From contig CAZGJX010000001.1 in NCBI GenBank assembly GCA_964525635.1, positions 1 through 64,000 of the forward strand: a stretch of DNA of 64,000 nt, read 5' to 3'. This stretch comes from an uncultured archaeon (GTDB taxonomy: Archaea; Asgardarchaeota; Lokiarchaeia; Sigyniarchaeales; SOKP01). The position numbers and the translations under genes are program-made. Each line of letters opens with the position of its first letter. The stretch's first letter is position 1. This document shows, one piece after another, positions 21,700-31,836 of the stretch. The notes below the pieces were generated by a model. The model was not told where the DNA came from, made no database searches, and saw only the letters and a list, made by a program, of their open reading frames with translations.

Positions 21700-22317
21700 A
21701 TGACAAAAAAAAAGAAAGAACAATGTCCATATTGTGGAGATTGGTTTACATATCTCACTCGTCATAAATGCAAAGTTCAAGCACGAATTGAAAATAAAGA
21801 GGATGAAAAATCTGCAACAGAAAGAAGAATTGAAAGAATAGAAGAAAGAAAACATTTATTAACACGTAAACTAAAAAAAGAGGAAAGAGAAATACTTGGG
21901 ATAATAGATAGAAAGGGTGATCTATTTTTTGAAGACCTTATTCAAATAGTTGATTTGGAGAGAAATAAAATAGAAGAAATTATCGATATATTAGCGCTCC
22001 AATCAAGAATTAAGGTTAAAAGAGAATTAATAAATGCGAGTTGGGGTAAACATATATTTGCAATTGAGAACTTAGAAGCAGAGATGAAGGTTGAGGCTCT
22101 TAAGGTGGATCATAGTAAATTAAATTGGATCTGGTGGCAATTTGGGAGACAACCGTGTTTTATTTGTCCTTTTACTGAACAATGTAGTGATGATAATCCG
22201 GATTTATATAATCCTCAACACTGTCCTTGGTTAACAGAGTGGATAGAAGCTTCGTTAGAGGGGAGAGAATATGATGTAAATTTTGAAGAGATTCAAGAAA
22301 GTTTATCTGAAAACTAA
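21700..22317 (+). CDS. TFE-beta / RNA Pol III RPC34-like protein (wHTH + Fe-S) with an extra N-terminal zinc finger
   Basis: C-terminal PCFICP-x4-C...NPQHCPWLTEW Fe-S signature; central wHTH; N-terminal CPYC..F..L.RHKC. Confidence 0.7.
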   Translation: MTKKKKEQCPYCGDWFTYLTRHKCKVQARIENKEDEKSATERRIERIEERKHLLTRKLKKEEREILGIIDRKGDLFFEDLIQIVDLERNKIEEIIDILALQSRIKVKRELINASWGKHIFAIENLEAEMKVEALKVDHSKLNWIWWQFGRQPCFICPFTEQCSDDNPDLYNPQHCPWLTEWIEASLEGREYDVNFEEIQESLSEN

Positions 22318-22961
22318 ATTTTAAATTTTTTTTTAAATCCAATAAGATAGATTTCATTACTTTTCTTTTTTGTTCCAATAGGTTTATATGATTTCACTAT
22401 AGAAAAATCCTTGCTGAAATCATCATAAAATATTTTAAAATCAGAACCTTGAAAACATTTTAAAACAAATATTCCTTTTTTTTTCAGAATTTTTCTGGTT
22501 AAATCCAATATATCATTGCATAGTCTTATTTGGTTGATATGATCACTGAACTTATCTCCTTTTTTATTAATTGAAGCATCAGAAATAATTAAATCAAGTT
22601 TATCGTTAAAATACGAAGAGATTTGCTCTTCTATTTCTTTTTCAATTATATTTCCTTTTAAAATCTTAATATTATTAATCGGAGTTATATGTTTGATATC
22701 AATACCCATGATCTTATAATCATCTCTATGATAATATTTATCATTATATATTACTAAATTCTTTTCAGCGATTTCTTTAGCTACCTGTAACCAAGATCCT
22801 GGTGCGCTTCCTATATCTAATATATAAAAAGCTCTTTTAAAAATGTTATATCTATGTTGAATATCCAATAACTTATAAGCAGAACGTGCCCTATATCCTT
22901 CTTTTTTAGCTTTAAGGTAATGAGGATCTTGTTTATGTTTAAATGATTTATTACTCGGCAT
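22314..22961 (-). CDS. rlmE: 23S rRNA Um2552 methyltransferase (RlmE/FtsJ)
   Basis: DPHY..AK.EGYRARSAYKL, LDIGSAPGSWLQ, ISDA, KCFQG, S.EIY. Confidence 0.92.
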   Translation of the reverse strand: MPSNKSFKHKQDPHYLKAKKEGYRARSAYKLLDIQHRYNIFKRAFYILDIGSAPGSWLQVAKEIAEKNLVIYNDKYYHRDDYKIMGIDIKHITPINNIKILKGNIIEKEIEEQISSYFNDKLDLIISDASINKKGDKFSDHINQIRLCNDILDLTRKILKKKGIFVLKCFQGSDFKIFYDDFSKDFSIVKSYKPIGTKKKSNEIYLIGFKKKFKI

Positions 22962-22983
22962 AAAATATCAATTTTAATATTTA

Positions 22984-24198
22984 TTAAGAAGTTAAAATCC
23001 TTTTTAAAGAAAGTATATCCATATTTGTTTTAATAGATGTAAAATCAAAGTGAGTTCTTGATGCTTCATACCCTGCTTGTTTTATAATTTCAATTAATTG
23101 TTCTATTTTTGGTATTCTTTTACATTTTAATTGTTTACATAAATTATGTAAATTAAAATAATAAGCAGGCATATTTATCTCGTCTTGACAATATTTTAAT
23201 ATTTTTTCCAATCTTTTTTTATTTTTAAAATCAGATTTCTCATTTAATATATGTAATATTTCAATAAATTCAGAATCATGTATTTCATCTAGCCATAAGG
23301 GCCCAGCATAATTAAATTTATTCAATTCTCCACAAATTTTACATGTATCTGGTGATTCTAAATTTCTTTCTTGAATTGTAAATCTATGACCACATTTTTT
23401 ACAATGAAAGATAAAACCATAATTTTTAATATATTTTGTAATGAGACTTTTCTTCTTAAAAGTTTTTACAAACACTCTAATGAAATGATTTGAATAAAAA
23501 GTTAATAATGGAATTATTCCCATGTTATTGATATTTGCTATTCTTGAGATAAAATAAATTAAGATACGAGCCCCAATTTCTTTACAAAATTTATTATGTA
23601 AAGGTTTAGCCATATATTTTCTTAAACACGCATCAGATTTAACACCAAATAAAACCGCAGTGTCTGTTGCAGTTATACATATCATTCCCTCTTTTTGCTT
23701 AATTGCTTTAAAAGCAGGATCAATATACTTATTAGGAGTTCCCCAAGGATCAATTGAAATCACGTCTGGTTTTTTATATTTAGATTTGAAAGCAAGAGTA
23801 CTTAATAAATGACTTGCGTTTTTATCTAATACTTTAATCTTTGCATTTTCCTCCACCAGATTATTCAATCTTAAATTAATATTAATTAAATCTTTTGCAA
23901 CTGGACTAATATCATTTATATAGATCTTTTTAATATTTTTACATTCTTTTAATAATCGAATAGAACTCACACCTGACCCCGCCATTGAATCCACAATAAT
24001 TATATCTCTTTTATCATATAACTCCTGATAGGCTTGGATAGTTAAACTCGTAATATCGCGATTTATCTCCATTTTTTTATTATAAAAAACATTCATAGAT
24101 TTTGATGGTATTGCATCTACATCTTCTTTAAAGATGCTAAATCTAGCTAAACCTTCTTCTAAGATTTTTAATTTATTATCTTTTTCTATTGGATTCAC
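22984..24198 (-). CDS. trm1: tRNA (guanine-26-N2)-dimethyltransferase
   Basis: VFYN..M..NRD, IDPWGTP, TATD.AVL.G, EIGARIL, GPLW, SRTHF. Confidence 0.93.
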   Translation of the reverse strand: MNPIEKDNKLKILEEGLARFSIFKEDVDAIPSKSMNVFYNKKMEINRDITSLTIQAYQELYDKRDIIIVDSMAGSGVSSIRLLKECKNIKKIYINDISPVAKDLININLRLNNLVEENAKIKVLDKNASHLLSTLAFKSKYKKPDVISIDPWGTPNKYIDPAFKAIKQKEGMICITATDTAVLFGVKSDACLRKYMAKPLHNKFCKEIGARILIYFISRIANINNMGIIPLLTFYSNHFIRVFVKTFKKKSLITKYIKNYGFIFHCKKCGHRFTIQERNLESPDTCKICGELNKFNYAGPLWLDEIHDSEFIEILHILNEKSDFKNKKRLEKILKYCQDEINMPAYYFNLHNLCKQLKCKRIPKIEQLIEIIKQAGYEASRTHFDFTSIKTNMDILSLKRILTS

Positions 24199-24421
24199 AG
24201 ATTACATCTTAAAAATTTATTATTTTATACATCAAATAAAAGAATATCTCATATCTTCATATTAATTAATATTATCAATATATTAATTCATTTAATGTAA
24301 TGTAGGATAATATAATAAGTATATTCTGTGCTATTATTGTTCCTTTACTTTGATATATTCTTTAGTTTATCTTTAGATCTTAATTCTTTATTAAATCTAA
24401 TAGAATATCTTTCCAAAAATA

Positions 24422-25123
24422 CTAATTCATAAATCCAAAATCAGTCATATTTAATTTAAATTCTAGTACCTTATTTTTTGTAGAATGAGTTAGAATAAAT
24501 TTCCTTTCTTTTAATTTTTGTGTTCTCTCAATTTTTAAAGCATTGGAAATCCAATAATTCATAACATTACCTCCACTTTGAATCTCTTTTGTTGATCCAA
24601 TCTCAGTCTTTCTACTAACTTCATTTATTATTAATATTTCTACTTTGTATTTTTTATTTAAATATAATAAATTAGCTAATATCTGATTTAATTGATAATT
24701 AAGAGTAATAACATCTTTTTTTCGGTTTATATTTAAATTTAATCTATATAAATCAGTTATAGAATCGATTATAATCAAACTAATTGATTTTTCTTCTATT
24801 AAATTCTTTAAAAATAAAAATTCTAGATTAAAGCTAATTTTATATAGATTATCAAAATCTTTCAAATATATAAGAATAAAATTCTTTTTTTTTTGGGTGA
24901 TTACATTATGTTGAGGCTTAAAAAGATTATTTATCTTATCTATAGGAAGGTTTGGTTTTGTATAAAAAAAAAGAACATTTTTATCATTTTTTATTGTATT
25001 TAAAGCTATTTGAAGAGCGTAAGTTGTTTTTCCAACTCCAAAATTACCCCATATTGAAAAGATCCCATCAATAGGAGAATCTTTATCAAAAATAGTATTT
25101 AATTTAATTGTTGGAAAAATCAT
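24422..25123 (-). CDS. RadB-like RecA-family paralog
   Basis: GNFGVGKT Walker A, IIIDS Walker B, SGG.VM.YW. Confidence 0.75.
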   Translation of the reverse strand: MIFPTIKLNTIFDKDSPIDGIFSIWGNFGVGKTTYALQIALNTIKNDKNVLFFYTKPNLPIDKINNLFKPQHNVITQKKKNFILIYLKDFDNLYKISFNLEFLFLKNLIEEKSISLIIIDSITDLYRLNLNINRKKDVITLNYQLNQILANLLYLNKKYKVEILIINEVSRKTEIGSTKEIQSGGNVMNYWISNALKIERTQKLKERKFILTHSTKNKVLEFKLNMTDFGFMN

Positions 25124-25169
25124 TTTTTTTATCTAGTTATTAATTTTATGATTAATTTATTATTATGAA

Positions 25170-26028
25170 TTGAATAAAGTTAAAATTTTTGTTCTGACAA
25201 ATAATCCTAAATTCTTTTATAAAATAAATAAAGAGCTTAATGATCTAGGATATAAATTCAATATTATTGAATTTAAAGATATAATTCCTAATATTTCTTC
25301 TATTATTCTTACAACCTTGGAGGAATCTAAAAAGATCATAAATTTTAATAAAAATAAAGTGCTAATATTCCCTTATAACGAAAAAGAGGACTTTGATTAA
25401 AATTTTTCAATGTGGGGCAAAGGATTATTCTAACTTGTTATTTTCAATTGATCCTGGACAAACTATTGGATTAGCTGTTTTCCTTGATGGATTTCTTTTT
25501 TATTCTAATTCTTTCTATGATAAGAAAAAACTCATTTCAGATATTAAAAAAACTATAAAGAATTTATCAGAAGATAATTTAACTCAATTAATTATATCCT
25601 TTAAATTTGGTAGAGGTGTTTTTTCTATAACTGTTGATCTAATCTCAGAGATCTATAAAATTTATAATGAGAAAGAGAAATTTAAAATTTATTTAATTAA
25701 TGAATCAAAATCTTCAAAAATTAAACTTCATAAAATTTCTGATAAATTATCTAAACATGAAGCATCTGCTGTAATACTTGCTCTTAGACCAGGGATTGAG
25801 GTAAATAAAGATAATTATTCAAAATTTATCGAATTAACTAAATCAGACAAAAATATACGAAAAAAAGTAGATGAAGAACTGACAATTATATCTTTTCTAA
25901 ATCAAAATATTGACTTACTTAAATCAGTATTCCTTGATATAGTCGATTGTAAAATACCTATTGATAAAGTTCTTGAATTTATTGAACAGAAAAAATTGAT
26001 GAATAATATACCCTATTCAAAGAATTAA
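25170..26028 (+). pseudogene. RNase H-fold (YqgF/RuvC-like, SIDPG) protein split over two overlapping frames at about 25400
   Basis: ORFs 25170..25400 and 25393..26028 overlap in a +1 frame shift; SIDPG.TIGLA, NES.SS and HE.SA motifs are in the second part. Confidence 0.55.
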
Positions 26029-26065
26029 TAATTTTAGGTTAAAAGAGATTTTTTTTATTTATAAT

Positions 26066-26284
26066 CTAAGAATCTTTATGTTCATTAGAGTGAGAATCTT
26101 TACGTTTTTTTAATGCAATATCTACTGCTTTTTGGAGGTATTCCTCCCTTTTATTATTAAAATCAGGATCTGCCATATTAGTTATCATATTTTTTACCAT
26201 AATATTTGCAATTCTTTCAGCATCATTTAGAGGTTCTTTCATTTCATTATTTTCTTTTTTTTTTTCTTTCCCAGTATCATCCAT
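26066..26284 (-). CDS. Small hypothetical protein
   Basis: 72-aa ORF with ATG start, co-oriented with the upstream operon. Confidence 0.55.
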   Translation of the reverse strand: MDDTGKEKKKENNEMKEPLNDAERIANIMVKNMITNMADPDFNNKREEYLQKAVDIALKKRKDSHSNEHKDS

Positions 26285-26356
26285 ATACTTTTATCTCAAC
26301 TTATTTTAAACAATTTATCAATAACTATTCTCTCGAAATATTATACATTTAAAAGA

Positions 26357-27529
26357 TTAATTTTCTGGATAATTATGAAATAACTTACCCCAATCAGTTT
26401 TCATAAATTTCTCTATTCTTTTCTTTCCAATTGTTGGATACCAAAACATATCATGATATATTAAAGATCCAAGAATAGGTAATGCCATAAAAGCTCTATT
26501 ATGCATCAATGGTTCAATAAATTTTAAACGCCCCTTTCTAACCATTTGATCTCCCCAGATTACGAGACTTCTTTTTACGGTGAAACTCCAATTTATATTG
26601 GAAACATCTTCTCCGATTATTTCGATTTGATCGAAATCTCCGCATCCAAGTCCTTCATCATGTGCCAATTTTATAGCTGGTAATTTTAAAGGCTCAAATC
26701 CAAGCATTTTAGCCACAACGGTATCAACAGCAACTTGATCATATCCAGCAAGTAAATAATTTTTAATTCTTGGAATCATAGTTCTTGGTCCAGCACCATC
26801 ACCACAGACTGTTCCATCCACTATGGCCATTATTTCAGGGTGAATTTGTTTTTGGATAATCAGTAAATCAACTAATACTTCAGAAATATATTGATGACTA
26901 AAATGACGTCTTTTTGTTAAAAGCCCACCAAAAGCATTTTTCATAGCACAGGTAATCCCACCATTCTTCTGAGATTCATTTGTTTCTTTTAGAGATCCTC
27001 CCATAGCACCTGTATGACCATGGGTTTTCATTGTTGGTAAATGTATAATTGGTTTTCCAAGATAAAATTTCGGAATTCTAAATCCCATTGGAAATATTTT
27101 AGAATCGAGTACATGTAATTCCTTATCTTTTAATGTTTCAAATTTTGATCTTAATTTTTCATTATAAGGAATAAATGGGATTTTAGTCAGAGGAACAAAC
27201 CATGCACCATATTTTTTAATGATTGGACTCCATTTATTACCTTTTAGCCCCTTTGCTATATTGGTAACAACTGTACGATTTTCCGCAGTATAAAGGTTTT
27301 TTGGATTATATTGATCTTCCACCATAGTCTTAAGTATACCTTCTAATTGCCATGGAGGACTAGAGCATGATGGAAAGAATTTTGACCAACTAAGATTAAG
27401 TTTAATAATTGTTTTAAGATCTTTTGGAAATCGTTTTTGATATTCTGCTAAATGCATCAGTTTTCTGTAATCTTCTAAAATAGTTTTATGAGATGTTTTT
27501 ATGACGAAAATCTGAGGTTTTGCTTTCAT
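26357..27529 (-). CDS. DUF362 family protein
   Basis: IKLNLSW..FFP, LPTMKTHGH, AMKNAFGGL, DGTVCGDGAGP, DQVAVD. Confidence 0.85.
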   Translation of the reverse strand: MKAKPQIFVIKTSHKTILEDYRKLMHLAEYQKRFPKDLKTIIKLNLSWSKFFPSCSSPPWQLEGILKTMVEDQYNPKNLYTAENRTVVTNIAKGLKGNKWSPIIKKYGAWFVPLTKIPFIPYNEKLRSKFETLKDKELHVLDSKIFPMGFRIPKFYLGKPIIHLPTMKTHGHTGAMGGSLKETNESQKNGGITCAMKNAFGGLLTKRRHFSHQYISEVLVDLLIIQKQIHPEIMAIVDGTVCGDGAGPRTMIPRIKNYLLAGYDQVAVDTVVAKMLGFEPLKLPAIKLAHDEGLGCGDFDQIEIIGEDVSNINWSFTVKRSLVIWGDQMVRKGRLKFIEPLMHNRAFMALPILGSLIYHDMFWYPTIGKKRIEKFMKTDWGKLFHNYPEN

Positions 27530-27539
27530 AATTAGTTAA

Positions 27540-28223
27540 TTAAAAGTAACTTCCTTTTTTTAATTTGTTAATTATTGTTTTCACATGTACAAGCGGATTT
27601 GAAAGAGAACCCATGCTAATAGATTTCTTTAATAAAAGACTATTTCTTATACTATCAAGAGATAGGTCAGTATCATTGATAAGAGTATAAGCATTTCCAA
27701 TTTCTCCTCTCGTATGAGCATCAGATCCACCTGTTTCGAACAAAGAATGTTTTTTATTAAAATTTTTTGCTTTTTTAATGCAAGTTTTAAATATTATTCT
27801 AGAATTTAATATTTCTATTCCATCTATTTTTTTTTTTATAATTTTATCATTTAGTAAATTTATTTTTAAATGATTTCGCCTTAAGAAATCAAAAGGATGA
27901 GGAATGATTACCAATCCATTATTTTCTTTAATCTTATCAACAACATTAAAGAAATTATTATGTTTTATTGAAAATTCATGGTCAATAAAAAGACCAATAA
28001 CTTCCCCTATATCAGTTTCAATTTCCATTCCGGGTATTACAATTAAATCATTAAATTTGGCCTCATTCTTTAATTGTTTATATGCTTTTAAATTATGATG
28101 ATCACAGATAGCAAATCCATCTAAACCTTTTTTCTTTATGTATTTTATTATATCTTTTAGTTTAATATAAGAGTCTCCGGAATAAATAGAATGAATATGC
28201 AAATCTAATTTAATATTTACCAT
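27540..28223 (-). CDS. PHP-domain phosphoesterase
   Basis: DLHIHS, CDH, GMEI, PHPF, GGSDAH. Confidence 0.9.
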   Translation of the reverse strand: MVNIKLDLHIHSIYSGDSYIKLKDIIKYIKKKGLDGFAICDHHNLKAYKQLKNEAKFNDLIVIPGMEIETDIGEVIGLFIDHEFSIKHNNFFNVVDKIKENNGLVIIPHPFDFLRRNHLKINLLNDKIIKKKIDGIEILNSRIIFKTCIKKAKNFNKKHSLFETGGSDAHTRGEIGNAYTLINDTDLSLDSIRNSLLLKKSISMGSLSNPLVHVKTIINKLKKGSYF

Positions 28224-28241
28224 ATTAAATCATCATAATTA

Positions 28242-29192
28242 TTATAATTTAAATAAATCTATAAAAAAATCTAGAATTTCGTCACCATAAAAAGAATATA
28301 ATGTTATTATCCCCATTATTAAAAAAGCGATAATTATTCCTGTATCAAAAAATGCTTTTTCTGTATTACGAGCAATATCAGGTCTTTCTGAGGTTAAGTA
28401 CATATATCTCATAATAATATAGATAAGAACTGGAATTGAAAGAATCATAATTGAATTCTTATCATCTAATAGATTTACAGGTAATAATTGAAATTTATAA
28501 AATAAATAAAGACAATAGGAAATAAAAATAGATGTTGCTGTTATGTTATGAAAGTTATCTAATATTTTTATCGAATATATACTATAGACTTTCTTATGTT
28601 TAATTGCATTTTCTTGATGTCCAAACATCATTAAATCTCCCTTTCTTTTTGCTATAACCAAAAAGAGAGCTACTTCAAAAATTAATAAAAACAACCAGGC
28701 AGATATTCCTTCATCTATTAAAAAACATCCTGCCAAGGATCTCCATAGATATCCTGTAGATAAAATTAAAATATCAACAAAAGCATAATATTTAAAGAGA
28801 AGGTTATATAACTGCCCTGTAACAACAATTGCAATCAATATTAATATGAAATTCAAATTAACTGGTATTAAAAATATCAATGAAAATATGATAAAGAAAC
28901 TTAGAGCTAAAATCAAAAAAACGGCAAATTTAACAGATAATTCACCTGAAGCAAGGGGTTTTTTATTCAATTTCTCTTGATGTTCTTTATCCCTTTCAAT
29001 ATCTATAATGTCATTAATAATATAATTAATTGATGAGGTAAAACATAATAGAATGAAACCTATCATTAGAGGGAAGTAATAATCGATTTTGAAGAGTTTT
29101 TCACTGAAGAAAATACCAACAAATATTAATAAATTCTTATAGTATTGTCTAATTCTTAATAAATCGATTATATTTTTAACTGAATTTGACAT
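28242..29192 (-). CDS. UbiA-family prenyltransferase (polyprenyl-phosphate phosphoribosyltransferase-like)
   Basis: R..QYYKN, YIINDIID...D..H, PLASG, KRKGD. Confidence 0.85.
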   Translation of the reverse strand: MSNSVKNIIDLLRIRQYYKNLLIFVGIFFSEKLFKIDYYFPLMIGFILLCFTSSINYIINDIIDIERDKEHQEKLNKKPLASGELSVKFAVFLILALSFFIIFSLIFLIPVNLNFILILIAIVVTGQLYNLLFKYYAFVDILILSTGYLWRSLAGCFLIDEGISAWLFLLIFEVALFLVIAKRKGDLMMFGHQENAIKHKKVYSIYSIKILDNFHNITATSIFISYCLYLFYKFQLLPVNLLDDKNSIMILSIPVLIYIIMRYMYLTSERPDIARNTEKAFFDTGIIIAFLIMGIITLYSFYGDEILDFFIDLFKL

Positions 29193-29229
29193 TATTTTAA
29201 TATATAATTATAATTGATATTAAATTTTA

Positions 29230-31761
29230 TTAATACATTATTTTATCTGGTTTTATTTTTTTTAGTATTTTATACCCTATTTTTGACATTCCACTAGTTT
29301 CAGATTTTAATTGAATCATAGCACTATCATAACTAAAACTAATTAAATCAAGTTGCTTTAAAGATAATTCTATTGTTTTGTTAAATATATTTTCAATAAT
29401 AACAATTGTCTCTGATTCCTCATTTTTTGTTTTTTTATTTTTATCAAAATTAATTTGTTTTTTAGAAATCTCCTTTAGATATCCTATTTCAACATTATTC
29501 ACAGGCTTCTTTAAATAAAAATAAGATCTGATTTTATTGTTCAATAGCCAATTCAATAATTCAGTTTCAGATTTTTTATACCTTTCACTTTTTCTAATTG
29601 AATAATAGATATTTTTAGGGCGAACTATTAAGTCTTTTAGACTTAATTTAAAAATCTCTTTTTCACTGTTATTATTGTGATTTTTCATCAATTCTAATGT
29701 ATAATTTGTATCCCCTGTTTTTTTTACATTTATACATTCAGTTATTTGCAATATTCCTTTCGATTTTAAGAATAGATCTTTTCCTTGGAAGGTTTTTATT
29801 AAATCAAGAGAAATAGGTAATTTTGTTTTTTTTATTGGTTTTAAAACTTTTTCTTCATTATTATTTACAAAGACATAGTTTCCATCATTGTTTTCTTTAT
29901 TAAATTCTATCTCTTGTAAGATTAACGGTATATCTTTATTAAAAACATAATGATTTCCAAATTTAACTTCTGTTTTTGGATATAGGAAAGAATTAAGATA
30001 TTCTATTTTATTATTTTTTAGGTTTTCTATTTTATATTGAAAAGTATCAGATATATCATCAATAAATTCGATATCCTTTATTTTCCCTAATATTAATTTA
30101 CTATTAATTATATTTTTAAAGAGATAATCTTTTTCAAATTCATCTTTGTATAAATCTCTTATCTTTAAATCTTTTAAAAGATTGGAAATATCTTCTATAT
30201 CAAATAATTCCTTAAATTTATTATTAGCAATTTCCTTAAATTCTATTACTTGTTTTTCAAATTTTTTTCCATATTTTATCCTTTTTGAATTTTTGGCACA
30301 TAACAAAGGAAGAATTGCTTCCTTGTAAGGATTTATATCATCACCTAAAATTGCAGCAATTCTATGGTAACTAGGGGGATGAGAATTAATAAAATTACCT
30401 AAGAGAGATATTCGGGAAGGTTTTACCATCGAATGACTAATATATTTTGCTGTATCAATGTAATCTAATAATTGGTTATCTTTTGTTATTTTTTCTTCAC
30501 AGAGTAACATTGTATTTAAACCAGTTTCTCGTCCAGATGCATAAAAACTTTCCAAATTATATAATGCTTTTGTTAATTCTATTTTATAACCGGCTTCTTT
30601 GGTCCTTAAATCAGCATATCCTTCAAGAATTCTAACAAAGAAATAAAGAATAATATAAATACCTATATTAATTATAATAAAATAAATTAATGGGATCTGA
30701 GGATTACCAAATGTGTAATCATAAAAAGTAGCTGGGATTTTTAAAAAATACCTTACTATTAAATCACCAATGGTAATAAAAGTGAGTATAAGTATATGAT
30801 TTCCCTTAGTATGAGCAAGTTCATGTGCAATTATACCTTTTAACTCATCTTCTTTTATATTTTCAATATCATTAGCAATTATAGCAATTCTTTTATTAAA
30901 AAAAGGTCCATATGCTTGAGCATTCAAAATAGGGTATTTTCCAAATCCAACTCTTACTTTTCCTTTAATTCCTATATCTTTTTTTACTTCTTCGACGATA
31001 TTTAATAACTTCTCATCTTTTACTTCCTTGATACCTAAGAGTTTATCAATAAAAGCTCCTGAAATAAAGTATATTATAATATTTATAACAATTAAGATAA
31101 CGTAAATAATACTTAAGAGATCAAACTTAATATTAAATTCTAGAAGGATAGGATTAATAAATTGGCTAAGGAAGACTACAAATAACCATCCAATGATATA
31201 TAAGAAGATAACAAGATATTGAGGGCTCATAAATCGCCAAACAATTAAATATTTTCTACCAAATAATAAAAATCCTAATCCAAGAATGATCCAAAAAGAA
31301 AAAGCAAAGGTGGTATCTAGGACAATGGATGAAGTTAAAATCTTTGATTTTTCTAAATATGAAGATATAACCCCTGCTATAAAAATAAGATTATAGGTAA
31401 TTAAAGAAATAGTCAAAAGTTTGTTGATTATAGGATACTCTTTTAATTCAATGACACCAATCCATAAATAGATCGAAAATGCTCCCATAATGGAAGTCAA
31501 TATATCTTTAGTAAAAACATATATGATAAAAAAGAAAAAAGCCATAGCAATAAGATCGCTAAGCTCACTCCTTTTTCCATTTTTTGCCCATACATAAAAT
31601 TCTTCTATAGTAATTGCAAATAAACATATCATTACCAAAAAGGCCCAATCTGAAAAAAGTTCTGCTAGATTTATTTTCAAATAAAAATATATAATAAGAA
31701 ATGTGGATAAAGATCCAATAAGATAAATCAATAATAAACTGTATCTAGAAAATTTATTCAT
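29230..31761 (-). CDS. M48 (HtpX/Ste24-like) membrane zinc protease with long C-terminal extension
   Basis: About 7 N-terminal TMs, AHELAH, EGYAD, SHPP...R. Confidence 0.82.
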   Translation of the reverse strand: MNKFSRYSLLLIYLIGSLSTFLIIYFYLKINLAELFSDWAFLVMICLFAITIEEFYVWAKNGKRSELSDLIAMAFFFFIIYVFTKDILTSIMGAFSIYLWIGVIELKEYPIINKLLTISLITYNLIFIAGVISSYLEKSKILTSSIVLDTTFAFSFWIILGLGFLLFGRKYLIVWRFMSPQYLVIFLYIIGWLFVVFLSQFINPILLEFNIKFDLLSIIYVILIVINIIIYFISGAFIDKLLGIKEVKDEKLLNIVEEVKKDIGIKGKVRVGFGKYPILNAQAYGPFFNKRIAIIANDIENIKEDELKGIIAHELAHTKGNHILILTFITIGDLIVRYFLKIPATFYDYTFGNPQIPLIYFIIINIGIYIILYFFVRILEGYADLRTKEAGYKIELTKALYNLESFYASGRETGLNTMLLCEEKITKDNQLLDYIDTAKYISHSMVKPSRISLLGNFINSHPPSYHRIAAILGDDINPYKEAILPLLCAKNSKRIKYGKKFEKQVIEFKEIANNKFKELFDIEDISNLLKDLKIRDLYKDEFEKDYLFKNIINSKLILGKIKDIEFIDDISDTFQYKIENLKNNKIEYLNSFLYPKTEVKFGNHYVFNKDIPLILQEIEFNKENNDGNYVFVNNNEEKVLKPIKKTKLPISLDLIKTFQGKDLFLKSKGILQITECINVKKTGDTNYTLELMKNHNNNSEKEIFKLSLKDLIVRPKNIYYSIRKSERYKKSETELLNWLLNNKIRSYFYLKKPVNNVEIGYLKEISKKQINFDKNKKTKNEESETIVIIENIFNKTIELSLKQLDLISFSYDSAMIQLKSETSGMSKIGYKILKKIKPDKIMY

Positions 31762-31836
31762 GTTAATTTCCTTTAATAATCAATATTTCTTCTAATTAAT
31801 CACAATAAATATTTTTACCTATTATTTTTGGATAAT

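Noticed and set aside
26955-27012. Extra segment GAMGGSLKETNESQKNGG in DUF362 as an in-frame intron
   Set aside because: The flanks can pair (ACAGGUG/UACCUGU), but the central helix is G-U rich and there is no intron stem, stop or frameshift. It looks like a TGAM/TCAM duplication-derived protein loop.
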